Source: an archaeon (lineage in GTDB: Archaea; SpSt-1190; DYHY01). Taken from it: a stretch of DNA of 64,000 nt. Below the pieces are notes generated by a model. It did not search any database. It saw only the letters and a list, made by a program, of their open reading frames with translations, and was not told the origin of the DNA. Numbering within the stretch: the stretch's first letter is position 1; each line of letters begins with the position of its first letter. This document shows positions 56,501 to 64,000 of the stretch, one piece after another. The DNA lies in NCBI GenBank assembly GCA_037442745.1, contig JBBIPP010000002.1, positions 1 through 64,000 of the forward strand. Reading direction: 5' to 3'. The position numbers were made by a program, and so were the translations under genes.

Positions 56501-58469
56501 GATATTCGAGAAGAACGCGACAATCCCGCAGATTTACAGCGGGCAGTACGGCCATGCGAATTTCATTGTTACCGCAAACTCCCTAGGTTCGGACATATTC
56601 GTCGCGGAAATACTCTCCGCAATTGATTCCAACACCGGCTACCCCTTGACTCTCTATCAGGGAGCTGTCCATTTCGCGAACAACTCTAGCATTACAATTG
56701 TTGACACCCGGCCTCCCATTGCGCATCTCGGAGCATCTCCTGCGAACAACGCGAACCTGTCCTCCGGAACTGTCCAGTTCCTGACTACCGGAACAGACAG
56801 CTTCGAACTAGACTATCTTGCAATATACGGAAACTGGTCTGGCGCATGGGGCGCTCGCCTTCTCAACTCAACCCCCTTCAACAACACCCAATGGACTGCG
56901 ACCGGGGCCCTTCCCGACGGGCACTTTGCCTGGGCAGTCTATGCTAACGACACGTCAGGCAACTCTAACATTACCCAAAACCGCACACTCACTGTTGACA
57001 CAACCGCTCCCGTATCGGCAATAACCGCTCCCGCAAACAACACATATTCAATTGACACCACTCCAGATCTCTCAGGAACCGCAGCTGACGCTACATCAGG
57101 CGTGAGAAGGGTCTGGGTAAGGGCGAACGCGGGAGCATGGGCGATTGCCTCCGGAACAACTTCATGGTCCTACACTTCAGGAGCGCTATCCGACGGGACG
57201 TATGTTTTCCAGTCAAAGGCTGAAGACTGGGCTGGAAACAACCAATCCTCCTATGGAGAAATTTATTTCACAGTTGACACAACTTCCCCGGAATCGTTCT
57301 CCTATGTTTCCCCGACTCCGGCAAACGAAGCCAACCTATCAAGGACCTATTTCGAAATAAACTCCACCTTCACCGAAATCAACCCGGCCTCCTGCTCGGC
57401 TGAAATTAACGGAGCGAACTATTCGGCAAGCCTATCCCCCGGCTCCCCCGCATACTGCTTCTACAACGCGACAGGCCTCCCGGCAGGGACTTACCTGTAC
57501 AGGGTATGGGCTGAAGACCTTGCCTCAAACTGGGGCGTTTCCGCCAGTCTTGTAGCCAACCTTGACTCAGTCCTGCCCTCCGCTATTCTCGGAACAAGCC
57601 CAGCAAACGCCCTTGCAACAAGCCAGACAGCAATAACATTCGACATAATTGGCACAGACAACTCCAACCTCCATTCAATCGCAATTTACGGGAACTTTAG
57701 CGGAACTTGGTCAATTGCCTCCCTAAACTCGACCCCGTTCAACGCAAGTTGGTGGAACGAGACAATTGTCCTCTCTGACGGGACATATTCCTGGGGCGCA
57801 TTCGCGAACGACTCGGCCGGGAACTCTGCCTTCTCCGCCAACCGCACCCTGACAATAGACACCATTTCTCCAGCATCGTTCTCCTATGTTTCCCCGACTC
57901 CGGCAAACGAAGCCAACCTATCAAGGACCTATTTCGAAATAAACTCCACCTTCACCGAAATCAACCCGGCCTCCTGCTCGGCTGAAATTAACGGAGCGAA
58001 CTATTCGGCAAGCCTATCCCCCGGCTCCCCCGCATACTGCTTCTACAACAACACCGGGCCCCTTATTGGGATCTACACGTACAGGATATATGCTACTGAC
58101 AGCGCGGGGAACGTTGGCGCGTCCTCCTCGAGGAACGTCAACCTTGACACAATTGCCCCAGAGTTCTCCAGCCAAGGAAGCAACGTAACTGAAATCAACG
58201 GCTCGGCAGGGGAGGTCGCCAACCTCTTCGCCCTTTGGTATGACGCAGATCTCGGGCTCTCGAACGCGACAATTTCAACTAACGAGACTGGTTCATTCGT
58301 CAATTCGACCACGGTTCCCCTAACTGGAAGCCTTGAATGGAGCGACTTTGAATGGACCAATTCCACTCCGCTTCCGAACGGAACCGCAGTCGCCTGGAGA
58401 ATATGGGGCTCAGACATTGCGGGGAACTGGAACGTCACCGACGACATGATAATAACCGTACTAACTTAA
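50541..58469 (+). CDS. Giant secreted repeat surface protein B (2642 aa), paralog of A with extra C-terminal Ig-like domains
   Basis: Same domain order as A, plus ~700 aa of DTTxP...YAND.xGN Ig-like repeats. No TM anchor. Confidence 0.85.
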   Translation: MAKLGKKLATILALALLIAIISTGFSAPSFTAEISPEIVSTNQNVTFSVTIQNTGSETITDVVMPFSSFTSGVITYASCPYSNFHETIISGEGLNALICSASGGTGITAGGSALLVVNISSAPGSVPQTNPVEIPVSAYNSTGGITSGQVYVTVENEISISAEVSTPLPQRAVSGQTGLSATFRVDNNGDAVALSVNPNISILAPYQSITPSITAGGNINGGSFRNYISNFNIPSGTSPGTLTLRFNATGIDENSLFTDFTSETSFTTVYSPPIVNVYSITTNASFVSTNSEHSVARLSVVVGIPGSPSTISNANISLATIRIVSGTGADDSSGYTSPLRTDSVTELVPGMNATLTFDVRTTNPSEGQKFANFTINYYDGISGQILNQSVLNNRTIFAVDRTSPQVSVLSISSTANIQNFFRQGETISINSSVADTFSGISSPLCDVFIGGIYAGTLPLVANRCEGSVNVPEHPSLYGSENVEVRVKDSVGNEGTGTKAISIYTLVVNATDALTGADIKEGTDFSNATAVAFNSSGGNHFSCTTLFGTKSQLCGVPLGTIVNVSLSSPAYVTNNRTLDASRICVGIGDLSSCSENLPSGGANTISIALVPNTRIIILNEFNQSILMGNVTVKDSATTPWYKPFIDGGSFDSDGTVNGSVIAPIDTGKHTSPFDIRANLDSPFNPGYLQATNSGYVPSQASQTTLTLRQKFTILVRVFDEFNSPILTSTGSVSFTNANGTTQCVQNHANLSEYGCPVMTVSENPHLLSGGNVTVAKPGYVTKKLTGIVPPADTQSSQIALSTNLDFNLGVRVLDQFGNLSLTTTEIERVYVQSGNCTYSGGSWGCAAVAGDEVGITILPRPSSGYLRRVSQTVPFVDYVKSNVNITIPYTLLLSARDELSRSINGTNVSSVTFLFGAGISCRMNSTASPSWGCPVPAGTASAGIWVNVSQASGRMNQLLSAQSIPSDVFGNQTTVYSSNNFTLRVLPLTEFGNQLPLSGLAVAWNSEACIQSGAYWYCPAPAESLANIYSRADGFIDFLNSSVTAPAVSGTRTELNTSNKYSILIGTFDEFSTPRNFSSGSVSFAGVACQVNPLSPYYWGCPILGGTSGQGRIAKEGFVNHTTGTIVAQFGNGTQGILSSANQFTLKATIYDELGSNFSSGVVLASNSTCEQFISAPNNTYFCQARPPDSALTIAKAGFETSSYYVSGLSDASQTAVTINGTGSPKYSAVITVRRNPSSGDESALAGAIFLNSTTRAQIIPSWSSGNRYYFSLEAGNNSLLINKSGYVEKLYSFLTTPAAQHSGEAIIDYSLRVEIISENGTGVRGATLSSSSGTPFIEANSAPSYYSAIDSGTYSVQMRKAGFVTTSPQAFSINTTYPSNQTLVRLTPLYTLKIISLDWGGAPLNGTTAKATGQAEFTGTSNVIYFEANPLTTPTADVNVSKSGYNTVSANGIPISNSSQNVTFTYHAQQISARAAGWDNSPIDGAVLRLHYNGTEIASCTTGSYGNCTFLSTNGASNDSYFNSSEIGLASNITVSAEKSGGYYRATSLGEAYYYQNSTSPLSIGTVRIGIPPRIRAVQAWNASLPVVGATVVLSNSTGAIASNSTDSEGYAVFIPDFLSAPSQSDYLISGTEAVQGTLYFDISMLGYSPASGNFYFNASEQVNMTVPMNDSQAPLVSLGFSGRNGSAHVKFENFNLSIYLDEVYSGDSSGIDYSLSHYNITWENGTLVRGPVNLSVCPSQAPIGGLCNLTGVNGWDLPVGNLTVNLFAKDIQGNSNSTNIPFVSEPGINETFILMERASASNYGGDFFLVTWGLVVKGTQGKLQISNLEPINCTSCPPFPISGWASLLYNDVAGCEGAKKQAQVRNTWPLGQTPAAFCDYSPGTRYAREQNVTLKILLPTGLSNAKYNATYLWKGMYEDLPPTNLTIVGVNASTLSPEAGENFTVTAIVYATPGASSADEVVVGLNSSEGSPIYSAGIGALSLSNLIFEKNATIPQIYSGQYGHANFIVTANSLGSDIFVAEILSAIDSNTGYPLTLYQGAVHFANNSSITIVDTRPPIAHLGASPANNANLSSGTVQFLTTGTDSFELDYLAIYGNWSGAWGARLLNSTPFNNTQWTATGALPDGHFAWAVYANDTSGNSNITQNRTLTVDTTAPVSAITAPANNTYSIDTTPDLSGTAADATSGVRRVWVRANAGAWAIASGTTSWSYTSGALSDGTYVFQSKAEDWAGNNQSSYGEIYFTVDTTSPESFSYVSPTPANEANLSRTYFEINSTFTEINPASCSAEINGANYSASLSPGSPAYCFYNATGLPAGTYLYRVWAEDLASNWGVSASLVANLDSVLPSAILGTSPANALATSQTAITFDIIGTDNSNLHSIAIYGNFSGTWSIASLNSTPFNASWWNETIVLSDGTYSWGAFANDSAGNSAFSANRTLTIDTISPASFSYVSPTPANEANLSRTYFEINSTFTEINPASCSAEINGANYSASLSPGSPAYCFYNNTGPLIGIYTYRIYATDSAGNVGASSSRNVNLDTIAPEFSSQGSNVTEINGSAGEVANLFALWYDADLGLSNATISTNETGSFVNSTTVPLTGSLEWSDFEWTNSTPLPNGTAVAWRIWGSDIAGNWNVTDDMIITVLT
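57293..57467 (+). repeat. 175-bp exact direct repeat, copy 1
   Basis: Identical by eye to 57875-58049 (in-frame offset of 582 bp). Confidence 0.92.
57875..58049 (+). repeat. 175-bp exact direct repeat, copy 2
   Basis: Identical by eye to 57293-57467. Encodes SFSYVSPTPANEAN...PAYCFYN. Confidence 0.92.
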
Positions 58470-58491
58470 AAAAAGGAGAGAAAACTGAAAA

Positions 58492-60204
58492 ATGAGAAAA
58501 ATGGCAAGGGAACAAAAAGACAGCTTGTTGTCTCTCCTTTTCCTCGCCACAATATTCATTTTCTCAATATTTTCCCCCGGCAGCTCAGACAACCCTTTCC
58601 CCGGATATTTCGAGATAAACCCATCTTGCATCCAGTCCTTGACCTGCGGACAGGGCCAAAACATTACAGTCAACGGAACGGGGATATCTAACCTCCTTGC
58701 TTCCCCAGCTAACGGGGCTGCGGACGGCCTCGTTACAGGAGTTGCTGTCAACGTTACCTGGAACACCACAACCGACGGAACTGTTCCCTATCCTCTCAAC
58801 TCCTCAGTCTGGAAGAAGAACGCCACAGGAACATTCCTTCTCGGAGAGAACTCGACAGTCTCAGGATTCCATTTCGTGCAAATAGGTCCCTTTGCCTATT
58901 CCTCAACAACCTGCCCGTCCCTCGGATGCGAAATATCCCTGATTGTCTCGAACTGCAACACAACAACCTCGGTCTGCGTCAACTCCTCAAACGAGAACCC
59001 GACATTCTCGATTGTCGTTGCTTCCGCAGTTACTAACCTGACCTCCAGCCCCGCTTCGCCAAGGACGGGAGACCCGATAACTCTCTCCTGGAACACCATT
59101 TCCCCGATGAACTCGACAGTCTCATGGATGTACGGGTCAAGCCAGAACTCGACTTATTCAAACACACATTCAATTGTTCCCGGGGCTTTCAACTATTCCG
59201 AGGACCCGAACTTTACAATTATTTCCTGCGCCTCAGGAGGGCTCTGCGAGACATATGTTCGCCAGGTGGCAATCCTCAGAAGCTCGTCTTCAGTCTCCTT
59301 CTCATCAACCGCACCATCAACCAACATTACCGCAAGCTGGACAACTCACAACATTTCGAACAGCACGCTGTTCTTCTCCCTGAACGGGGGGGCTATCCAG
59401 AATTCAACCGACTCCCTCTTCTCAACCGCACACGCGGTTTCCCTCGGGAGCTATTCGGCAGGGGATTCAATTGTCTATTACCTTCGTTCCTGCCTTGACC
59501 CGAACAACTGCGAGACTACCCAGAACGCAAGCATCACAATAGCAGTCCCGACAACCACAATCTCCACCGGAGGGAGCCCAAGCAATGGAGGAAGCACGGG
59601 AGGATTAAGCAGGGGAGTTGGCACAACAACTTCAATACCAATACCAGCCGGTTCAGAATACAACTACAAGAGCCTCCCGGCAGGACTTCCCGCCAGTTTT
59701 CCAGTGAACGGCTCAACTCAGGCAATAACTCTTGTCACATTCACATACAGGACATATGTTCCGAATGTGACGCTTGTTTTCACAAGAGTCGCGTCAATAG
59801 GGAGCCTTTCGCCCCCTCCAGGAACACTCTACCAGTACATTAACCTAACTCATTACAATGTTGAGGAGGAAAAAATCATTCCCCCGGCAACAATTGAGTT
59901 CAAGGTGTCAAAGCAATGGATGATTGATAACGGAGTAGACCGCGCAACAATTGCTCTATACAGGCATTCGGGAGGGGCATGGACTGCTCTCGAGACAGCG
60001 TATTCGGGCGAGGATTCCCTCTACTACTATTTCAGGTCAAGCTCTCCCGGGCTCTCCCTGTTCGCAATAACCGGCCTCCCCCGGACGGCATTCTGGGACC
60101 TGATATCCTTGATTGAGGCATATTATGCGGGCGACCCGTCAGTCGACTTCTGGAAAGTCCTAGATGCCCTGACAGCCTATTACGCATCCGGAGGAAGCAT
60201 CTGA
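58492..60204 (+). CDS. PGF-pre-PGF domain surface protein with FN3-like domains
   Basis: Gly/Thr linker, then YQYINLT...ATIEFKVSKQW...IALYR...W..LET...SPGLSLFAI. Tail with a duplicated FW..(I/L)..(I/L).AYY motif. Confidence 0.8.
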   Translation: MRKMAREQKDSLLSLLFLATIFIFSIFSPGSSDNPFPGYFEINPSCIQSLTCGQGQNITVNGTGISNLLASPANGAADGLVTGVAVNVTWNTTTDGTVPYPLNSSVWKKNATGTFLLGENSTVSGFHFVQIGPFAYSSTTCPSLGCEISLIVSNCNTTTSVCVNSSNENPTFSIVVASAVTNLTSSPASPRTGDPITLSWNTISPMNSTVSWMYGSSQNSTYSNTHSIVPGAFNYSEDPNFTIISCASGGLCETYVRQVAILRSSSSVSFSSTAPSTNITASWTTHNISNSTLFFSLNGGAIQNSTDSLFSTAHAVSLGSYSAGDSIVYYLRSCLDPNNCETTQNASITIAVPTTTISTGGSPSNGGSTGGLSRGVGTTTSIPIPAGSEYNYKSLPAGLPASFPVNGSTQAITLVTFTYRTYVPNVTLVFTRVASIGSLSPPPGTLYQYINLTHYNVEEEKIIPPATIEFKVSKQWMIDNGVDRATIALYRHSGGAWTALETAYSGEDSLYYYFRSSSPGLSLFAITGLPRTAFWDLISLIEAYYAGDPSVDFWKVLDALTAYYASGGSI

Positions 60205-60205
60205 A

Positions 60206-61264
60206 ATGATCGGAAGAAAGGAATTTTTCTCAATTGCGCTTGCCCTGCTAGTGATTCTCCCAATTGGCGCATATTCCGCAACAGTTTCCGGAACATTGAA
60301 TGGGCCTGACGGAATACTTCCGGGAGGGCGCGGACAATTCAGTCTAGAACTCGCTTCCGATGCCCCAGTATTGAGCTTCGACATTGCAGTCCTCGTCCCC
60401 TCTGGATGGACAATAACTTCCTGGGATGCTCCTGGATACAAAAAGTCGGGGATAATTCTCGAGAAAAGGAGCAGGTCCTACAAGGGGCTCTCCTATGAGG
60501 CATACCACTGGAAAGTGCCCGAAAAACTCGAGTCAAAGGCAACTTTCAATTTCGAACTCTCGCTTCCCGCGACAGCTTCCCTCGGAACTGTGAGGGAGAT
60601 TTCCTCAATATGGACTACTCCCGAAAACTTTGGGACAAGGAATCTGAACATTACTGTCGGAAGCCCTTCAAAGAAGTGCGGGGACGGTTCGTGCTCCGGG
60701 GACGAATCCTGCTCCTCTTGCCCGGTTGACTGCGGAATGTGCTGGCAAGTTTCCTGCGGGGATTCCGTTTGCTCCTCCGTAGAAAGCCATTCAACCTGCC
60801 CGAAAGATTGCACTGCCCAACCGACAACAACGGCAAAGCCCTCAGGATGGACAATTGTAATAACTCCCGAGACAGGTTCCTTCCTAGAAACTGTTGGATT
60901 AATTCTTGGGGCAGTTGTTCTCATAGGGCTCCTGATATTGTTGATTGCAATTGTTCTCAAGGGAAACAGGCAGGCCCCGAAGAGTTCTCCTTTGGATGAG
61001 GCTAGAAAGGAAATAAAGAGCCCATTGGCAAGGGAGCAGGAGGAGGCGCTCAAGACAGCGGTCCTAATTCCAGCTCAAGCCAATTCGGAAAAATCCTTAA
61101 AGGACCAATTGAAGGGCAACTTCGACATAAAGCCAGTTGAGAGAGGGCCAGCAAAGGCGAAGGTCGAGAGGCCCGTTGAGACAACCGAGAAGAAAATCTC
61201 CCTTTTGAAGAAAGCAATGCTGAGAATAGAGAACATAATGGACGATATCGGAAAGGGCTTGTAA
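60206..61264 (+). CDS. Single-pass membrane surface protein with Ig-like domain and Cys-rich repeats
   Basis: Signal peptide, beta-rich domain, two CGDxxC...E....CPxDC repeats, a TM helix, and a charged cytoplasmic tail. Confidence 0.8.
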   Translation: MIGRKEFFSIALALLVILPIGAYSATVSGTLNGPDGILPGGRGQFSLELASDAPVLSFDIAVLVPSGWTITSWDAPGYKKSGIILEKRSRSYKGLSYEAYHWKVPEKLESKATFNFELSLPATASLGTVREISSIWTTPENFGTRNLNITVGSPSKKCGDGSCSGDESCSSCPVDCGMCWQVSCGDSVCSSVESHSTCPKDCTAQPTTTAKPSGWTIVITPETGSFLETVGLILGAVVLIGLLILLIAIVLKGNRQAPKSSPLDEARKEIKSPLAREQEEALKTAVLIPAQANSEKSLKDQLKGNFDIKPVERGPAKAKVERPVETTEKKISLLKKAMLRIENIMDDIGKGL

Positions 61265-61354
61265 AGAGCCGATATTTTTTCTATTTAGCCTCTTCCAAAC
61301 CCTTATAAAGGTTTCAAAAGCCAAATATTAAAACTTTTTGGTTTGGGGAAAAAA

Positions 61355-62284
61355 ATGGCTCTTTTGGAAAAAGACATGGAGGGGGTTATTCAATGCCCCG
61401 AGTGCGGAAGCAAGAAGATTTTCAAGGACAAAAGCAGAGGGGAAGTTGTCTGCGCGGCATGCGGCCTTGTTATTGAGGACGATATGGTTGATTTCTCCCA
61501 GGAATGGCGGGAGTTCGATTCTGGCGATTCCGACAAGAAGCGGAGGAGCGGGGCGCCCATTTCCCTTGCCCGGCACGACAAGGGAATCTCTACTGAAATC
61601 GGAATGGGATATGCCGACATTTTCCGCCTGCCCGCATCGAAGAGGCCCAAATTCTTCCGCCTGAAGAAATGGCAGCAGAGGATTTCCACAGCAACTGAGC
61701 GGAACCTAAAATACGCCCTTGCCGAACTGAAAAGATACACCTCGTTTTTGAACCTGCCCAATTCAGTTGAGGAGACAATCGCGCTTCTCTACAGGAAAGC
61801 AGTCTCAAAGGAGCTTGTCCGGGGCCGGAGCATGGAATCGGTAATTGCAGGAGCCCTATATGCCGCATGCAGGGAGCACGGCACTCCGAGGACTTTGGAC
61901 GAAATATCAGAGGTATCCCATGTCCCAAAAAGGGAAATTGGGCGGACATACCGCTTCCTCGCAAGGCAAGTTGGCCTCCGGATTCTTCCGACAGACCCGG
62001 CAGACTACATCCCGCGTTTCGCATCCCAACTAAACCTGTCAGGAACAGTTGTCACAAAGGCAATTGAAATACTGAAACAGTCAAAGGAGAAGGAACTCAC
62101 CAGCGGGCGGGGCCCAACAGGGGTTGCGGCAGCAGTCCTCTATATTGCTGCCCAGATTGTAGGCGAGAAGAGGACTCAGAGGCAGGTTGCAGACGTTGCG
62201 GGAGTTACTGAAGTCACAATCCGGAACCGCTACAAGGAACTTGTAAATGAACTGAACCTCACGAATCTCCAGATTGAGGAATAA
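61355..62284 (+). CDS. tfb: Transcription initiation factor IIB
   Basis: CPECG...CAACG Zn ribbon, EWREF, ERNL, LVRGRS, PRTL.EI, GRGPTG, VTEVTIRNRYKEL. Confidence 0.98.
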   Translation: MALLEKDMEGVIQCPECGSKKIFKDKSRGEVVCAACGLVIEDDMVDFSQEWREFDSGDSDKKRRSGAPISLARHDKGISTEIGMGYADIFRLPASKRPKFFRLKKWQQRISTATERNLKYALAELKRYTSFLNLPNSVEETIALLYRKAVSKELVRGRSMESVIAGALYAACREHGTPRTLDEISEVSHVPKREIGRTYRFLARQVGLRILPTDPADYIPRFASQLNLSGTVVTKAIEILKQSKEKELTSGRGPTGVAAAVLYIAAQIVGEKRTQRQVADVAGVTEVTIRNRYKELVNELNLTNLQIEE

Positions 62285-62352
62285 CTCCCGCCTCTCCGGG
62301 CGCTCTGAAAAAAGTCAATTATTAAAAATGAAAATTGGCAGAGTCCCCATGA

Positions 62353-63765
62353 ATGGTTGGGATACTTTTCGTTGAGCTCTCAATTGAATCCAAGAGGCTC
62401 AATTACGGAATAGCCTACCTGTCGGCAGTCTGCAAAGAGGCGGGGCATGAGACTGCCCTTTTGGAGGTCACCAACCCGGAGAGGAAAGAAATTCACCGGG
62501 CAATCCGGGCAAAGCTTCGGAATTTTCCGGCAAAAGTCCTGGCAATTTCCCTAAACGAGGTTTATTCAGACATCGGGGAGGAGGTTGCTTATGCGGCAAA
62601 ATCGACCGACCCATCAATACTTGTTATTGCCGGGGGAGCATATCCAAGCCTTGTCCCGGAGCAGGTCCTCTCTAGCCCGAACTTTGACGCAGTCCTGATA
62701 GGGGAGGCTGAAATATCCCTAATAAGCCTGCTCTCCTGCAATTCCAAAAATCCCCCGGAATGGAAATTCCCAAAAAAACTGAAAGGAGTCCATTACAAAA
62801 GGAACGGGAAAATAAGCAAAGGGGGCCTTCCAGTCCTCCCGAATTTGGATTCCCTCCCCCTTCCGGACATTTCCATCTTTGGCCGGAACGCTATTGCGCC
62901 AAGATTCGGGGGAAAGAGGCATATGGGGGCAATAGTTTCCCGGGGGTGCGTTTTCTCGTGCACATATTGCTACTCGAGCAGAATAGGGAACCCCGAGGGC
63001 ACTCTTCCCAGATATTACCGCAGATTATCCAATGACCGCGCAATTGAGGTAATTCGGCATGTGAGCGAAAAGGCTAGGCCTGACCGAATATTTTTCTTTG
63101 ACACTCTATTCTTCCCAAGCGTGAAAATTGCCGGGAAATTCCCAGAAATGTATTCCCGCGAAATCGGAATTCCCTGCTATGGAGTCCAAAGGCCGGATCT
63201 CTGCACGCGGGAGATGGCAAGGGCTATGAAGAAATGCCTTGCCGAGAACATTACAATGGGAATTGAATCAGCGTCCGAGGACCTTAGAAGAAGAGTTCTC
63301 GGACGAAACATTCCAGATGCGACCCTTGAGAAAGGGTTCAAAAATGTCCGCAGGGCTGGAATCTCCCCCGGTGCATTCTCAATGATAGGGTTTCCCTACC
63401 AGCCGAAAAATGATGTAATTGGAATATGCCGAATTAGCGCGAAAATCGCAGACTACAACAGCGTCAGCATGTTTTTCCCTGAGAAAGGGACTGTTCTAGG
63501 AAACCTCTGCCATAAGAACGGATGGGTTGATACATCAAAAAAACAGAGATCGTTTGGCGAAGCGAATACGGTTCTTCTGACGAACGGGGAAATGGACCGC
63601 GCGACAATAAACTCGCTTTATTTGGCGGTCTCGCCCCTGACAAAATATTACAAGCGGGATTTTCTCGGAATGGCGGTCGATTCAGCCCGCATGTTCGGGA
63701 GAATTGCCTTCGGGAGAGTTTTCGGCGGAGATTTTGCAGTTATAAAAGCCCTTGCCCCAAGATAA
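62353..63765 (+). CDS. B12-binding radical SAM protein
   Basis: YGIAYLSA, IAGGAYPS, GEAE, LDSLPLPD, SRGCVFSCTYC, GIESA. Confidence 0.88.
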   Translation: MVGILFVELSIESKRLNYGIAYLSAVCKEAGHETALLEVTNPERKEIHRAIRAKLRNFPAKVLAISLNEVYSDIGEEVAYAAKSTDPSILVIAGGAYPSLVPEQVLSSPNFDAVLIGEAEISLISLLSCNSKNPPEWKFPKKLKGVHYKRNGKISKGGLPVLPNLDSLPLPDISIFGRNAIAPRFGGKRHMGAIVSRGCVFSCTYCYSSRIGNPEGTLPRYYRRLSNDRAIEVIRHVSEKARPDRIFFFDTLFFPSVKIAGKFPEMYSREIGIPCYGVQRPDLCTREMARAMKKCLAENITMGIESASEDLRRRVLGRNIPDATLEKGFKNVRRAGISPGAFSMIGFPYQPKNDVIGICRISAKIADYNSVSMFFPEKGTVLGNLCHKNGWVDTSKKQRSFGEANTVLLTNGEMDRATINSLYLAVSPLTKYYKRDFLGMAVDSARMFGRIAFGRVFGGDFAVIKALAPR

Positions 63766-63797
63766 TCCCCTTTTTGGGCGCGCACCCCTCCCAACAA

Positions 63798-64000
63798 CTA
63801 ACGCCTGAACGAGAGGAAGAGTGCGGGGATTGAGAGCGAAGAGAACACAATTGAGAAAAGCGCAACCGAATTCCTCAAAAAAGATTTTACGGAAAATCCG
63901 ACGGAGAAGCCCTCTCCCTGCCCGACTTTAAAAGAGACGCGCCCAATAGAATCCTCCCAAGCCGGGACTGCTTTTCCGTTAACAACAACTTCCACTTCCT
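63798..64000 (-). CDS. C-terminal end of a probable YfhO/GT-C-like membrane protein (partial)
   Basis: VVVNGKAVP...G.VSF...followed by a final TM, matching the tail pattern of 9847-12009. Truncated by the window edge. Confidence 0.45.
   Translation of the reverse strand, partial: EVEVVVNGKAVPAWEDSIGRVSFKVGQGEGFSVGFSVKSFLRNSVALFSIVFSSLSIPALFLSFRR

Noticed and set aside
57293-58049. Diversity-generating retroelement template/variable repeat pair
   Set aside because: The copies are identical with no adenine-specific mismatches, and no reverse transcriptase is present in the window.
1-64000. CRISPR arrays, tRNA, rRNA, IS elements or integrases
   Set aside because: No regularly spaced repeats, tRNA cloverleafs, or transposase/integrase motifs were seen by eye. 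A covariance-model scan was not possible.

Overview
This is a 64 kb archaeal chromosomal segment with densely packed and often overlapping genes. Diagnostic genes include TFB, Rpo5, TFS, Spt5, SecE, Rpl11, FtsZ, PCNA, RPA14, tRNA splicing endonuclease and Elp3. A DPANN-like lineage is inferred from gene style but not proven. The window has four parts. (1) 1-6.4 kb holds a zincin lipoprotein, an SFM1-like methyltransferase and Elp3 as a divergent pair, a decayed NUDIX gene, a CBS+HPF-like protein and an Rpo5 with an extra N-terminal SAP-like domain. (2) 6.4-25 kb is a surface-glycan-type island: two B12-binding radical SAM enzymes bracket four GT-C-like polytopic membrane proteins and two paralogous Cys-rich exported proteins. 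Flanking genes are a Gfo/Idh/MocA oxidoreductase, two GT2 enzymes, an aldo/keto reductase, and a pocket of pseudogenes (restriction-modification, ABC ATPase, UDP-sugar dehydrogenase). (3) 25-44 kb is housekeeping and includes a eukaryote-like topoisomerase IB, scpA-scpB, a truncated Rqc2/NFACT, an MMPL-wHTH membrane protein and an interrupted Maf. (4) 44.3-61.3 kb is an apparent operon: a small RHH-like regulator with a palindromic operator, two giant paralogous secreted repeat proteins (1986 and 2642 aa), a PGF-pre-PGF protein with a duplicated-helix tail, and a single-pass membrane anchor. TFB and a third B12 radical SAM gene follow. I saw no tRNA, rRNA, CRISPR array or intact transposase. 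All family calls are by-eye motif recognition; no database searches were run.
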